DNA of 64,000 nucleotides from Lingula anatina (lineage: Eukaryota > Animalia > Brachiopoda), in the NCBI GenBank assembly GCA_051362555.1, contig CM120644.1:6890954-6954953 (forward strand). The letters run 5' to 3'. The translations under genes and the position numbers were made by a program. The notes below the pieces were generated by a model, which saw only the letters and a program-made list of their open reading frames with translations, did not search any database and was not told the DNA's origin. Of the stretch, positions 40,744 to 53,100 are shown piece by piece; within the stretch, counting starts at the first letter, position 1, and the number at the start of each line of letters is the position of its first letter.

Positions 40744-41330
40744 CCGCCATCTTGTTTTATTGTCATCTTTACCGATAAATATTTCTAAGAAAAAAAACTA
40801 AATTTGAGCTAAGTTTGACCCTACGACCTTCCACTACTTTTTTAGATGAACACAGGTTAACTGCCAATGCATAGTACAGATCTAATTTCGTGTTCGGCTG
40901 TGCATTTGAAGCCCATCGATAACAAAAGTCGCCGCCATCTTGTTTTATTGTCATCTTTACCGTTAAATATTCCTAAGGAAAAAAGCTTAAGTTTAGCTAA
41001 GTTTGACCCTACGACCTTCTACTACTTTTTTAGATGAACACAGTTTAACTGCCAATGCATAGTACAGATCTAATTTCGTGTTCGGCTGTGCATTTGAAGC
41101 CCATCGATAACAAAAGTCGCCGCCATCTTGTGTTATTGTCATTTTTACCGTTAAATATTCCTAAGAAAAAAAAACTAAATTTTAGCTAAGTTTGACCCTA
41201 CGACCTTCCACTACTTTTTTAGATGGACAAAGTTAAACTGCCAACACATTGTATAGATCCACTTTCGTGTTCGGCTGTGCATTTTAACCCCGGCGATTAT
41301 GATCAGCACCGCCATTTTGCTTTATTGCCC
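40744..41330. repeat. Tandem repeat with a unit of about 187 bp, about 3.1 copies
   Basis: Units starting CCGCCATCTTG at about 40744, 40932, 41120 and 41309 (partial), sharing GCTAAGTTTGACCCTACGACC and TTTCGTGTTCGGCTGTGCATTT. Confidence 0.9.
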
Positions 41331-41557
41331 GAAGTATTGTTTAAATTTTCATAGAAAACGAAGCTACTATAAATTAAATTATCAACCAATAAAACGACAG
41401 TGTTATTCAGTCATCAGTAATATAAAAACCAACGTACATAAAGTTAAACTCCCCGTGTTAGACCTTAGGTAACAAAGAACAGTTTCATTAGCTATGTTAT
41501 TATAATAGACTTGTGAAGATTCTTTTGTCTATAGCTATTTATATTAGTTTGATCTTA

Positions 41558-41605
41558 CCATCCAATATTTCATCTGCTTGCAGTCAGATTTCATCAGGGA
41601 ATGAG
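41558..41605 (-). ncRNA. Minimal hammerhead ribozyme motif in the 3' Penelope pLTR (same sequence as 42697-42744)
   Basis: Reverse complement of the motif above, on the element's sense strand downstream of the ORF. Confidence 0.65.
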
Positions 41606-42696
41606 GTTGTGACAGGTATGACAACCTGTCACCCCCTCTGGTGTGCTATTTGGTCAGATCCCCCCCCCTTGCCTGCCCCTCCCTTAGGAGTGGTAGGTAG
41701 AGGTTGGGTAGCTCAGTCCCATCATTCCGATTCAACTTGGCCCCATGTAAGCGGATGTTAATTGCTTCAAGAACTTTCCGGTGTAGATCTCGTGGCTCTC
41801 TTTCCAAGATTATTATGTCTTCTATGGTTGTTGATGTTATACAATGCCCTGTCTGTTCCTGGTGTTGGCTGAGGGCAGATTTTTTATCATGTTTTTTGAT
41901 CGATTTTTGATGTTCAGCGATTCTTTCAGTTAAGGAACGTCCTGTCTCTCCGATGTATTTCTCTCCACACACCTGACACTCACACTGGTATACAACTCCA
42001 CACTGTTCTCCTGGGTCTAATTTGTCCTTTGGGGATACTAGGATGCCTCTTAGTGTCTGTCCTGCCTTATGGTGTAATACTACATTCCTTTTTCTGAATG
42101 CTCTTTTTAGCTTTTCACTAACCCCTTTCATGTAAGGTAGTACTGCATATCCTTTGGGTTTTTCTTTTTCAGTCATGTTCTCGGGCCTTTGTTGTTTTTC
42201 TCTTCCTTTCTTTTCCCCTTCTTTTATAGCCCATTTTGGGTAACCACAATTTCTAAAAGCCACTCTGATTTTTTCCTTCTCTATCTCTACCTTGGGTTTC
42301 TCTTTTATCAGTGTGTCTGCCCTATGCATCAGCGTCTTGATGATTCCTATCTTCTGTTGGACAGGGTGGTGGGATGTCCACTGAAGGTAGTGGTCTGTAT
42401 GCGTAGGTTTTCTATAAATGTCTGTTGTGATGTTATCATTCTTCCTAATAAGCTGTAAGTCCAGCATGGGTAATGTCTGGTTGTCATCTTCCCTTTCTAT
42501 TGTGAACTTAATGCTGTCATGTTGTGCATTGATATGTCGGAAAAGCTCCTTACATGGGGCCAAGTTGAATCGGAATGATGGGACTGAGCTACCCAACCTC
42601 TACCTACCACTCCTAAGGGAGGGGCAGGCAAGGGGGGGGGGGATCTGACCAAATAGCACACCAGAGGGGGTGACAGGTTGTCATACCTGTCACAAC

Positions 42697-42744
42697 CTCA
42701 TTCCCTGATGAAATCTGACTGCAAGCAGATGAAATATTGGATGG
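42697..42744 (+). ncRNA. Minimal type-I hammerhead ribozyme motif in the inverted Penelope pLTR
   Basis: CTCATTCC-CTGATGA-A-ATCTG(actgcaag)CAGAT-GAAATATT-GGATGG: core CUGAUGA/GAAA, 5-bp stem II, palindromic stem III (AATATT) and a bulged stem I. Confidence 0.65.
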
Positions 42745-43936
42745 TAAGATCAAACTAATATAAATAGCTATAGACAAAAGAATCTTCACAAGTCTATTAG
42801 GTAACAAAGCATTCAAACTCGCTTGTCTGTCGCCATATTGCTAATTTGAATGCAACAACGGATTGAAGGCAAATTTTCACGATAATATCTGCTCCAAAAT
42901 ATTGCATATTTTACACACAAGTGAACCCTGTTAGTTTTCCCTTCTGCTCATACATTCTCAGAGAAACTACAAGACTAAAAGAGGTAATTTACCTACCTTG
43001 AAATCGCCCACATGCAACAGAGCTCTACCTGCGCACGATCACAACGCGACTGACTACTTCCGCCGTACGAACGTCTTTCCACAGTTAATCGGATTACCCT
43101 TTGAAGAATCGCCGAGTGTCCAATCTTTCTGTTTATTAGATCTTAGGTCCAACACAGTGAATGCTGGAATAATTCCGTGTCACGTTGGACATCAAAATTA
43201 GGTCTCGTAAGGACAGCCCTATAACGACATTTTACAAGGAGTGCCATCGTGTGTGTAGAATATGAAGTAAATTAGATAGAACTAACTTTTAAAACAAGAA
43301 AGAAAAATTTGATCATTACTTATTTTACACCATAGACCTTTTAGATTTAGTGTCATATATAATTATTCTATAGTATTTTATTATTATGGAATGAACAATA
43401 TTTATCACTTTAAATACCTTTATTGTCACCAGGTACCAATATAGTGTGCAAGCCGCATTTCTTTCTATCAATCTATCTATCTATCTATCTATCTATCTGT
43501 CTATCTATCTATCTATCATATGTTAGATAGATAGATAGATAGATATCTATCTATCATATGTTAGATCTGTATGTTGATAAAAACTTTAGTGCTTAGATGT
43601 GTGTGTGGATAGGGAAACGTACATATATCACAACTGTTATTATTATAAAAATTAATGGGTCATATACATTTAATGGGTCAGATATATCATTTAACTTCAA
43701 AGGAGATGGCCAGTCAAGGGCCTCTCTGTAAGCTAGCCAGACGTCTCCGACCACACTCATAAATTATAATTTAATCATAAGTCATCGTCCTACCTGTAAT
43801 TAAGTTCATTGTTTATTGTCCTTTGTTCAGATAGGCTATATAACTAGTAATTCTCTGAAAGGAGAAGACTGGACTTGGCTATACCAGACAGCTGAACAAG
43901 CTGACTGGAGGTCCCAGCTCTCAACCAGGAATAAAC

Positions 43937-44255
43937 CGGACTTTTTGGAAATATATTCTAAGTCTTGCTTGTTTATTCTTGGACAATGTCGCGATGGATC
44001 TGATCCCCAAACCCCGCCGTGATACATATACATGTATAGTAGTAGACGTAGGTATTCAAGAATGAAATTAAGAGAACACAACGAGCTGAGCAATCGGACT
44101 TTTTGGAAATATATTCTAAGTCTTGCTTGTTTATTCTTGGACAATGTCGCGGTGGATCTGATCCCCAAACCCCGCCGTGATACATATACATGTATAGTAG
44201 TAGACGTAGGTATTCAAGAATGAAATTAAGAGAACACAACGAGCTGAGCAATCGG
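43937..44255. repeat. Near-perfect 158-bp tandem duplication
   Basis: Units start CGGACTTTTTGGAAATATATTC at 43937 and 44095. Confidence 0.9.
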
Positions 44256-44554
44256 TAGTCATACATGTATACATGTAATATGTATAGTCGTGGGGGAACT
44301 TTTTAAATATACATTGGAATATTCACTCAAGATATGTATGGTGTCCAACAACCCAAGGTCAAGCAGAATTCTCGCGAGAAAGTCAAATTAAGGAAAAGTA
44401 ATATATATCATAGATCTTTTAGATTAAGTGTTATACATTATTATTCTGTTGAATTATATTATTTTGGGATGAACAATATTTATCACTTTAAATACATTTA
44501 TTGTCATTAGACGCCTATAGGCCTATAGTGTGTAAGCCGCAATTATGTCTGCCT

Positions 44555-45110
44555 ATTTTAAATATATACTGGAATATTCAGGCAAAATATATCTTGTATA
44601 CAACAACCCAAGGTAAAACAGACTTATCAAGAGAAAAATCAAATTAAAAGATAGAGAGAAAGAAACGAGACAATCCAGACAGACGTAACAGCAGTTTGTA
44701 CGGTATTGAAATGATTGATTTGTAAATTACTTACATTTTTATTTGCTGTTGTGCAATCTATTAGCAATATTTCAACGTGTATGTACTCTGTAACTCTTAA
44801 AATAAAACTTTTTGTCAAGCTTCATGTTTTATTATCCCCATCTATTGCACGATACTAATAGAATTAATGTTCTGTCTTTTCCCTTATCCTAGTATAGCTT
44901 ATTTGTAACTTGGACTACATGTAGTACCTAAGAACAGTTTTAATGAAAATCCTCTAAATAGCTAATTTTAATTATATATTTTACCAACTCCTATTTAAAT
45001 AGTTCAAGATGAATTAATTTAAACCAACGGCTAAAATTGCTTTCGTCAAATCAAGATGCTTACATTGAGTTTTCACTAATCCACGTTTTCCGGTCAGTTA
45101 CATCGGCCTG
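44555..45110 (+). repeat. Segmental duplicate of about 61100-61478 plus 62867-63030 (3' flank of the Death/CARD gene unit)
   Basis: Shared ATTACTTACATTT..ATTTGCTGTTGT, CTAATAGAATTAATGTTCTGT and TTCACTAATCCAC blocks; the second copy is split by the Tc1 element. Confidence 0.8.
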
Positions 45111-45759
45111 ATGTTTATCGTCCCAATCCAGAAGTGGGCTAGAATGTTGATTTACATCGTTTTAAAACAATGATGAGTGCGAATAACCATTGGCAAAGTG
45201 CCCATCGTCAAATTTTTTTTAAATGTGCTATTATAAAGTTTATACATATATTGGTTGTGTGATAAAATGGTATTTGGTTTGAGGCATCGTAACTTAGTAT
45301 TTTTAATGAGTTATATGGGAGGGGGGGGGAGGTAGCCAGATTTACCTGTTGTATGCAGTCTAATGAATCAGAGCAACTTGTTTCAGCATATATATTACAT
45401 AAATGATTTTTTTGTCAAATGAAACTTGTGATGTAAAAGAGTTATATGTAAAGTGAATGTGGTGTGGCACAAGTGAATGGGAAAGTAATTATGTTTTTTT
45501 TTTTTTAATCCTAGAGAAGAGAGGGAGGGGTGGCATATTACGGTATTTTCTCACAGAATTAAGCCATCTCTGATTTCACTTAACTGTATAAAAGCCTTGT
45601 AACTAGAAAAACTTGTTTCAGTGTATTTATTATTGTATATGACTTTTCTCACAGGCCAGCATTTATTGGTCTAAATAATTGTATTTTAACTAATACACAT
45701 TTTGTACAAGGCTATAAGGAATAGTAAAAAATGCTTAAAGCAAAAGGCTGTGACAGTAA

Positions 45760-45794
<35 letters not shown>

Positions 45795-46199
45795 GTGTAA
45801 AAGCACTCTTAACAGCTATTTGGAATGTTTACATTAACCATAAAATAAACAAGGTTTAAATTGTACCAAAATAATAATAAGGTATAACTAAAAACTAAAT
45901 TGAAATATATAACACATAATAACAGTTATAGCCAATAATCTGTTTGACAATGAAATTAAATCACCTAAAAAGTACTTCATATATGATTATGTATGTGATA
46001 AAGAGCTTGTACAGAATGCAATGCAAGAGCTTTTTTATACAAAATATACAAATACATTGTATGAGTATAAAAAATACTATATAAAGAAACAAAAGATAAT
46101 TAATCAGATGTGCTGTCCAAAACACTTTTTGTCTCACTAATACTGTCACCACTTGATGTTGGTAAATGTGAAGTATCCAAACAGCCTTCTCCACAACAT

Positions 46200-46520
46200 A
46201 ATTTTCGATTGTATCCCAGCCTCATAGCAAACCCCATATACCACATGACTGAAGTGATATGTGCACAACTTCCAATTGTCTTGGAACCAGCTTTACACTG
46301 TCAGTACCATACACTGATGGGTCTAGTTTTGCTATGGGAGGTCTGAATCCATAAGGTGTACTGGTGGCAATAGATGTGTGCCTTAATTAACTATTTTGGC
46401 TCTGATTAAATCAGGTGCATCCTTGCATACACTGATACCAAACTGGCCATCTAGCAGATGCTCATCAGTATATTGGCTAGCTTCTTTCATTTGGTAAACT
46501 TCTGGTAATTATTTTAGGCT
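46200..46520 (-). mobile_element. Degenerate transposase C-terminus with SWIM zinc finger (Kolobok-like, tentative)
   Basis: Minus-strand remnants YQMKEASQYTDEHL..APDLIRAKI..RHTS..YTLWI..VWY*QCKAGSKTIGSCAHITSVMWYMG (CxCx8CxH SWIM with the first Cys mutated to a stop). The family assignment is from recalled motifs and the termini were not found. Confidence 0.55.
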
Positions 46521-46608
46521 GGTGGTCTCTTGTTTGGACTATTTACCAAATCACTAGGTTTTCACAGATTTCCTTGACAAATAAAGCTATTCTTAGCATT
46601 TTGGTGAA

Positions 46609-46671
<63 letters not shown>

Positions 46672-49600
46672 CTGCAAGCTATTATGAATAGTGCTGGTGT
46701 GGAAGATTAGGTCATAAGTAACAAAACTATATAGCTAGTGTGGGTGGGATAGAGCATTTTATTTTACTTTTTATGCAAAATAGTCATAAAGGGAGACGTT
46801 TACTCAACACTTTTGGTTGTGCAAAATGTACTTTCATGCCCATTAGAGGGGCTTCAGTCAAGCCACCCTTATGTGTAGAGGTCTATTACAGCATGGGTCT
46901 CTATATTAAGTAGGAGCCATCACAATGTACATCTGCTATTTAGATAATTAATATAACTTTGAATATCTGAAGAACATTTTACATTTAATCTTTCTTGATC
47001 CTAAGAAATAAGAATCAAAGTATGATATACTTACCGTATTTGGACTCTATTTCCTATCCATACCCCCCCCCCCCCTTTATTTTTTGGATAGCTAGCATGC
47101 ATTACATGAAAATGACTTTTCTTTTTTTGGTTGTAATTGAAAATATTTTACTGACTCTAACCCCTATTTTTCTTTCAAAGACGTACATTTTATTTTTGGT
47201 TGTTCTTTTTGTACAAAAGTTTCACTGTATCTGCCTAGCCATCCTATGTAAGCATGTGGCAACTACCTCATGACAGGAATAAACATGGCCGCCTGCTAGC
47301 ATATGGACTGAAAATGTCCCTATTTAGTTTGAGTACATATCGAGCCCAACCCTCAGACAAGCTGATTTTCACATATATCTCACCTTATATTCATATCTTT
47401 TCAACCGTGAATACTTACAGGTAGCTTGTCTGAGGCAGGGGCTCATATAAAAAATGAACATTTTTCATCCTCAAGTCACTGTAAGAGTCTTCTTTCAATC
47501 AGCACCACATGTATAAATAAAGCAATCCATATATTGATCACAAGCAGTGATTGACTACTTATTGCCTTTCTTTTTTACACAGGCACCTTCTGTACCCGAT
47601 TACAAAATTTCACAGTTGTCACCTCACTATATCTAAAGATATTATCTAAAGCATTACAATACAGCCCCCCCCCCCTAAAACACACATTTTCAAGAATATT
47701 TGACAAGGTCATTTTGCCATTAATTTTTTATATTTCAAATTCAATAAAAAAATTTTTATGTGGATCATAAAAGTGTAAGACCCCAACTTTAATTTGGCAT
47801 CAATTTTTTTCATTTATTCACAATTTATTTTTCATGTACAAAAGTGGGCACTTTTACCCCTTATTCGCACTCATCCTTTACACCACAAAACTGCAAGATA
47901 AAGACTATGCGTCAGACCAACAAGGCGGACTAAATGCTGGTAAATAAAACTTGTTGAAATGTAAAGAATGGGCGGCATCTTGTCATCTTCTATGCAGTTA
48001 TCAGTTTGTCTACTAAGTGGATTTTATAGATATATATCCAGTTTAGTAGCATAGTGGATCATTTAAGTAAAACGAAAACAGTGAATATGTAATTGTAATA
48101 TGAATTGCTTATGTACAAAAGGAAATTAGTGTTCAAGTTTTGTTAGCTGTGCACTAAAACATTTGACCCAAAATTGCAGGAATAGCAAAGTACGAGCTGC
48201 TCCAAGATGAATATCATTTTATATACATGTACAAACATGTAATTAACAAAGCTTTGCTTGGTATTTTTCCTGGTACCACTTAAGTTGAATTTATAATTTC
48301 TGCAGCTCGTGTCAAAAGGGGAAAAGTCTGCAGCTTTCGCAAGCTTTTTTTTACCCCCATGTAAACTTCACAATGCTGAATAATTCATTGTACACCGAAT
48401 CACTTTGCATTAGTTCCACGCGCTTCTATATTGTACATGTTCCATGATGCAATTTAATTTTATATAAGCCAGGAAAAAAAAGAAAAAAAGTGTTCGCGAC
48501 TACGATATAAAAGGTAAACATTGTGAAAGGGCAGCAATTAAAAACGCAGGGATGTCTGTTATGGGACTTTTACGTACCAGTGATAAGATCTACACCAGGC
48601 TATGCCTGTTAATTATATAAGTTTGACACCCGTTGTGACAGGAATGGAGTCTGGGGTCCCATATGATTACTACAGGTTAGGGATATACATGTATATAGTC
48701 GGAATGTTGGGGTTAGTACAGGTATATTGGACGAATGTCACCTGTACAAATTAATGGGGGACTGGACTTCAGTTCATGGCGGACTGCCATTTCTGTCACG
48801 CCGGGGCTAACGAGACAACAAAGTGACACGACTGAATCAATCCAGAAAAGACCATATAAAAAGAAACAACCGACATACAATATGTTGGGGCACTAACAAT
48901 GTCGAACGGTGTAACACCTTCAATCAGATGAGAGATGATCTAGCAAAAAGATTACCTCACAATATAACCAACAGGGTCGACAGAATACAGCATCTGCTGC
49001 CTGGGACATATACAGGAAATTAATTTATAAAAATTATCCTCTGCGTCGAACCAAAATATACTGTGCCAAAATTGAGAACTATCAAACCTGACAAGACATT
49101 CAAACCTTAATTGGCTTTTTACTAAACTTGGTCTTATAAACATATTGAACTTTTGGATGTCGTCATAGTACTGCATGTTGTTTCATCTCAACACCTTTAA
49201 TTGACAATTATATTAGTTTTGTTCTCGTATTCACTGGCATGAAATGAAAAAAGACGACATTGTGGTCAAAGTGAGTGGCAGGACATGTATGTATATGTTT
49301 GACCCGTTCATGAACATACCAGTCATTGTTGACGTTCCCTCTTAGAGAGCCGCAGATTGCTTTTTTCCCTAGATATTCACAGACATTTCTTTGGAAACCC
49401 ATGACACATGTCTAACGAGGGTTTTGGTATACCATTGTTTTCATCACTCAGATGGCCTTCACTATATCCTTGATGAACGGTACCTGTTGTACCCGCACTT
49501 GGCTCTCTTTCCTTAGGCTCAGAAAGTATCTGGCAAGGACACAGTACGGTGAAATCGCATACGAATTTCTTTTGACATCGTTAGTAACCTCGGGCTACGG

Positions 49601-50009
49601 CAAGTACCGGTATATGTACTATGTATGTTTACATAACACTGTACGTACGGGTGCTGTGCTTTTTCTCCGATATATCTACATATAGGCCTACATTGTAGAC
49701 ACCTCATGGAAGAGATGTACAGTAAGCGTGCACCCTGTGAACACGTATAGGCAAATATAACCCAGGCTTTAGGGGCTGAATAAAGGATTAAATACCGGGT
49801 CTGGCAGTGAAATATATTGTTCTTATATGTATGTTGTCTTTTACCACCTCATGTGCCAGGTGGGCTGTACCCACCCCCCCTTCCAGGGAGGAGAGGACAT
49901 CTGCAATCATTTTAAATGAGAGTTAAAATACCAAAGTAGATCATTCGATTGGACTGATTTGTTCACCACTGCTATAAAAACAATGACCTTTCACCCAAAG
50001 TTCGTTGGA

Positions 50010-50130
50010 TATCACGTGATGTTTACATAAACCTTAGTTGGGAAATTCCGGTAACTATTCACGTACCTACGCTTTACAGTATATACCTGTTTTGGAATTT
50101 CCGTAACTGCGACTTACTTTCAGTTTTGTA
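50010..50130 (+). promoter_or_regulatory. Paralogue B proximal promoter with an E-box and two NF-kB-like sites
   Basis: TCACGTGA at 50012-50019, GGGAAATTCC at 50040-50049 and TGGAATTTCC at 50093-50102. An IRF-like CTTTCAGTTTT lies at about 50117. Confidence 0.55.
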
Positions 50131-50191
50131 GTCGTAGCATAAAATAAAGTCGTTGGATATTTTACCGGTATTTCGGTGAAAAACGAGAAAA

Positions 50192-53100
50192 ATGTCGGTT
50201 GATGAGAGATTCCCTGTTAAAGTTCTGGTCAGTCCAAGTCTTACTAACGCCACAGGCAAAATGACCCAGACTGATCTGATTGCATCATTTAATGGATGGA
50301 GAGAAAAGTACGGTGTTCCCGTCGAATTTTCCATGCATGTTACAGATGATCCTATTCGAAGAAAAAACTATGATATAGTGGTATACACCCAAACCCAATA
50401 TAGAGGTGCAAACGATGTCACAGGCATGTTCCTAAAAATATGTAGTGCACAGATTACAAACTATGTTTGATTATTTTAGGGTCCCACATAAAGAAGTTTG
50501 TATTAAAGTTTCACTTTCCTCGAACCACGAATAATACAAAATAATTCATCATCTAACCCCAAAAAGGAACATACGTTACTGTCACAAATGCATAACGTCT
50601 AGCTGTTGAAGCGTTTTAATCACTTTGAAAATTCAATCATCACGGGTTTTGTTCTTTAATTTATCTCCTACAAGTATAACGTTGTAAAAAATTATGAAAA
50701 GCTTTTGTATAGAGCAGTTAATTGTTTTTTAGCGACTTAAGTTTGCCTGTCACTGAATATTAAAAAAACGGGGAAAATACACCCTACCGACAGTAAAATA
50801 AGCATTTAATAAATTAATTTTCCCCTCGTGCTCCAAATATTATATCTGAAATGTCAACCTATCATGGAATCACTATATATTTTTCTGTCAGCAAAAGAAA
50901 ACATTGTTTTCTCTTGCACCAAGTACTTGTACAAAATGAAACATTTTGTCAATTTTCCTAGGGAACATACGTTACCTAGTATTAGCTATGACGCAGGCCC
51001 CATTAGTTACGGTTTAAATGTTTATAAAAAACGTCCTTACGTCATATTTAATTTAACATGATCGAATCACTTTAAAATATATAAGAACACGTTATGAAAA
51101 GAAAAATTAGGTGGCCCGGAACATACGTTACCGGAACATACGTTACCAGTGAAAATCTACTTGTGCCCGAAACTGGCTCCGAAAGAAAAATAAGCTTCTG
51201 TTTGAGATGTCAGGTGGTTCTTTCTGACGTCTGCTCGAGCTAAAGATTAGATGAGGTTAGTTACATGTGTAAATAAATCCATAAAATCCTCAGTAACGAT
51301 GTAAGCGAAGTGAATGATTTTGTCGTAATAACAAATTTAATTCAAATACAGAAATGAATGTCAAAGACGGAAATAAATGTCAAACAAGACTATGGAAGGA
51401 AAAAATAATCGCCAACGAGCGCAGTGAGCACAGTGCAAAATACATTGATACCGAACGGAACATCATTATTTCAGAAAAATTCGAAAACAAGAGCTGAGAT
51501 TTAAAAAAAATATATCGATCTCTTAAAAAAATGAGGGTGACGCTTATTTGGAAGCGAAAGAAAACGGGTTAAAAATACTATGTAGGCCTACCTTCCGCCT
51601 CCTTATAAATGTCGTGAAAGACAAAAGAGGCATGCGAAGACTAAATCGCGAAAACGTAGACTTCACCAAAGGAAAGAAGAGCTCCTAGCTGCTATAGAAG
51701 TTGCCGTGGCAAGTCCACAGCAATCACCACCTGAGAGACTTGTTGTGTGTGCGAGGTGGCCACAACGTGGAAACGATTGAGAAGAAACTGAAGGCAGTCA
51801 CAATGAACAATTAAAGAACTACAATCACAGGTTAATTCCATAAGAAAGAGGGAGAATGCTATCCGGCAACGATTTAGCCATTGTAGAAGACGAAATACGG
51901 AACCACCTGAATTTCCCACATGCCCCAAAATTAAGACAGAACGCATCATACAGCAGGCTATAGACCCAAGCTAACACTGTGCAGAAGCAATTACTTTTAT
52001 GTCTCCTCCATCCCAGTGTACCACAAACTTTCATAGTCTTATTTATAACAAAAAGAAGGCAACAAAGAATATCGATTTTGTCAAACAAGGCCGCTTTTAT
52101 CTTATAACCCCACTACCCTAATTATTTTAGCAATAATAACAATGTAGCAAATTGTTGCCTTTATCCTTGGATAAAAATAATATTATATATATACATATAA
52201 TATTCAATAAGACTCATCATCCTAAAAATATGATGACTTATAGAAAATGTTTTTTTAGCTACAGTGGGTCAAGTTTAACGAGTTACACCAAGAAGTTAAT
52301 GAACATTTTGCATAATATAGTGGCTGAGAAGATTGCGAAGACGTACCGTTGTCTCAGATTTCTTTCCGCTGCTACTGGCATTTGCCTGAATCGTTGGTCG
52401 AGAACTCGCGAAAAGGGGATGAACTGCTCGAAAAGTCGACGGATGGGAGTAGCAGGAAAAAAAGGCAAGCTGTATACATTTTTTGAACGAGACGACTATA
52501 GTAGAGCCCAAGAGCGCCAGTAACCAAAAAAAAAAAAAAAAAAAAAAAAATCATCCATCACGTTGGCACAGTAAAAACACTGTATGAACATCTAAGAAAT
52601 CTCAAGGAAACTTTTACAAGAAATCATGCAGCCTATAAAATGTCTTAAATAGCGACTGATGAGGACCGTAGAGACCCTTGAACTCTAAAGTGATACCTGT
52701 TTCTTATACCCACTCAGTGGAAAGACTTAAAAACGTAATTTTGTGAGCCACTAACTTTTTATAGATGGAACAAACATTATATATATATACATATTTTTTT
52801 AATTCCCAAACGTGGCGAAATCCGCAAGACAATTTAGACCTTTCAGAGAGGATAGTAAAGCTCATTTTGAACGAATTCTCTGATGTATTTGAAAACCTAA
52901 AGGTGTGTTGAAAAAGGCTTCGTTTAAAGAGGTGGTAGGTTAGATGTTTCTGGGATCTGTATTTTTTTACATGCAAATGATTGAGACGTTTGATACGCGG
53001 ATCGTGTTTGTGTAATAGGTTATCACTTTTGATGTCTGAGTTACTTTTAATTACCTCAATAAATTCTACGAAAAAAAGCGAAAAAATATCTTATCAATAT

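Larger units (their letters stand above)
41478..42796 (-). mobile_element. 5'-truncated Penelope-like retroelement (RT C-terminus plus GIY-YIG endonuclease) with inverted terminal pLTR copies
   Basis: ORF 41646-42596 carries RT-thumb motifs IKFTIE..LPMLD..IYRKPTHTDHYL..SHHP and a GIY-YIG domain GVVYQCECQVCGEKYIGETGR..RIAEH..LEAINI..LNRNDG. About 250 bp is present as an inverted repeat (41504-41749 vs 42550-42798). A 13-bp TSD TTAGGTAACAAAG lies at 41465-41477 and 42797-42809. Confidence 0.93.
38477..43146. mobile_element. Non-autonomous TIR DNA transposon with 7-bp TSD (P/Galileo-like), containing a tandem repeat and a nested Penelope element
   Basis: TIR CTAAGATYTAATAAACAGAAAGATTGGACA (1 mismatch). 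TSD GTCCAAC at 38470-38476 and 43147-43153. Confidence 0.85.

Noticed and set aside
41646-42596. The 316-aa ORF as a complete standalone gene
   Set aside because: Its first residues come from the inverted pLTR; it is a 5'-truncated Penelope ORF lacking the RT core.
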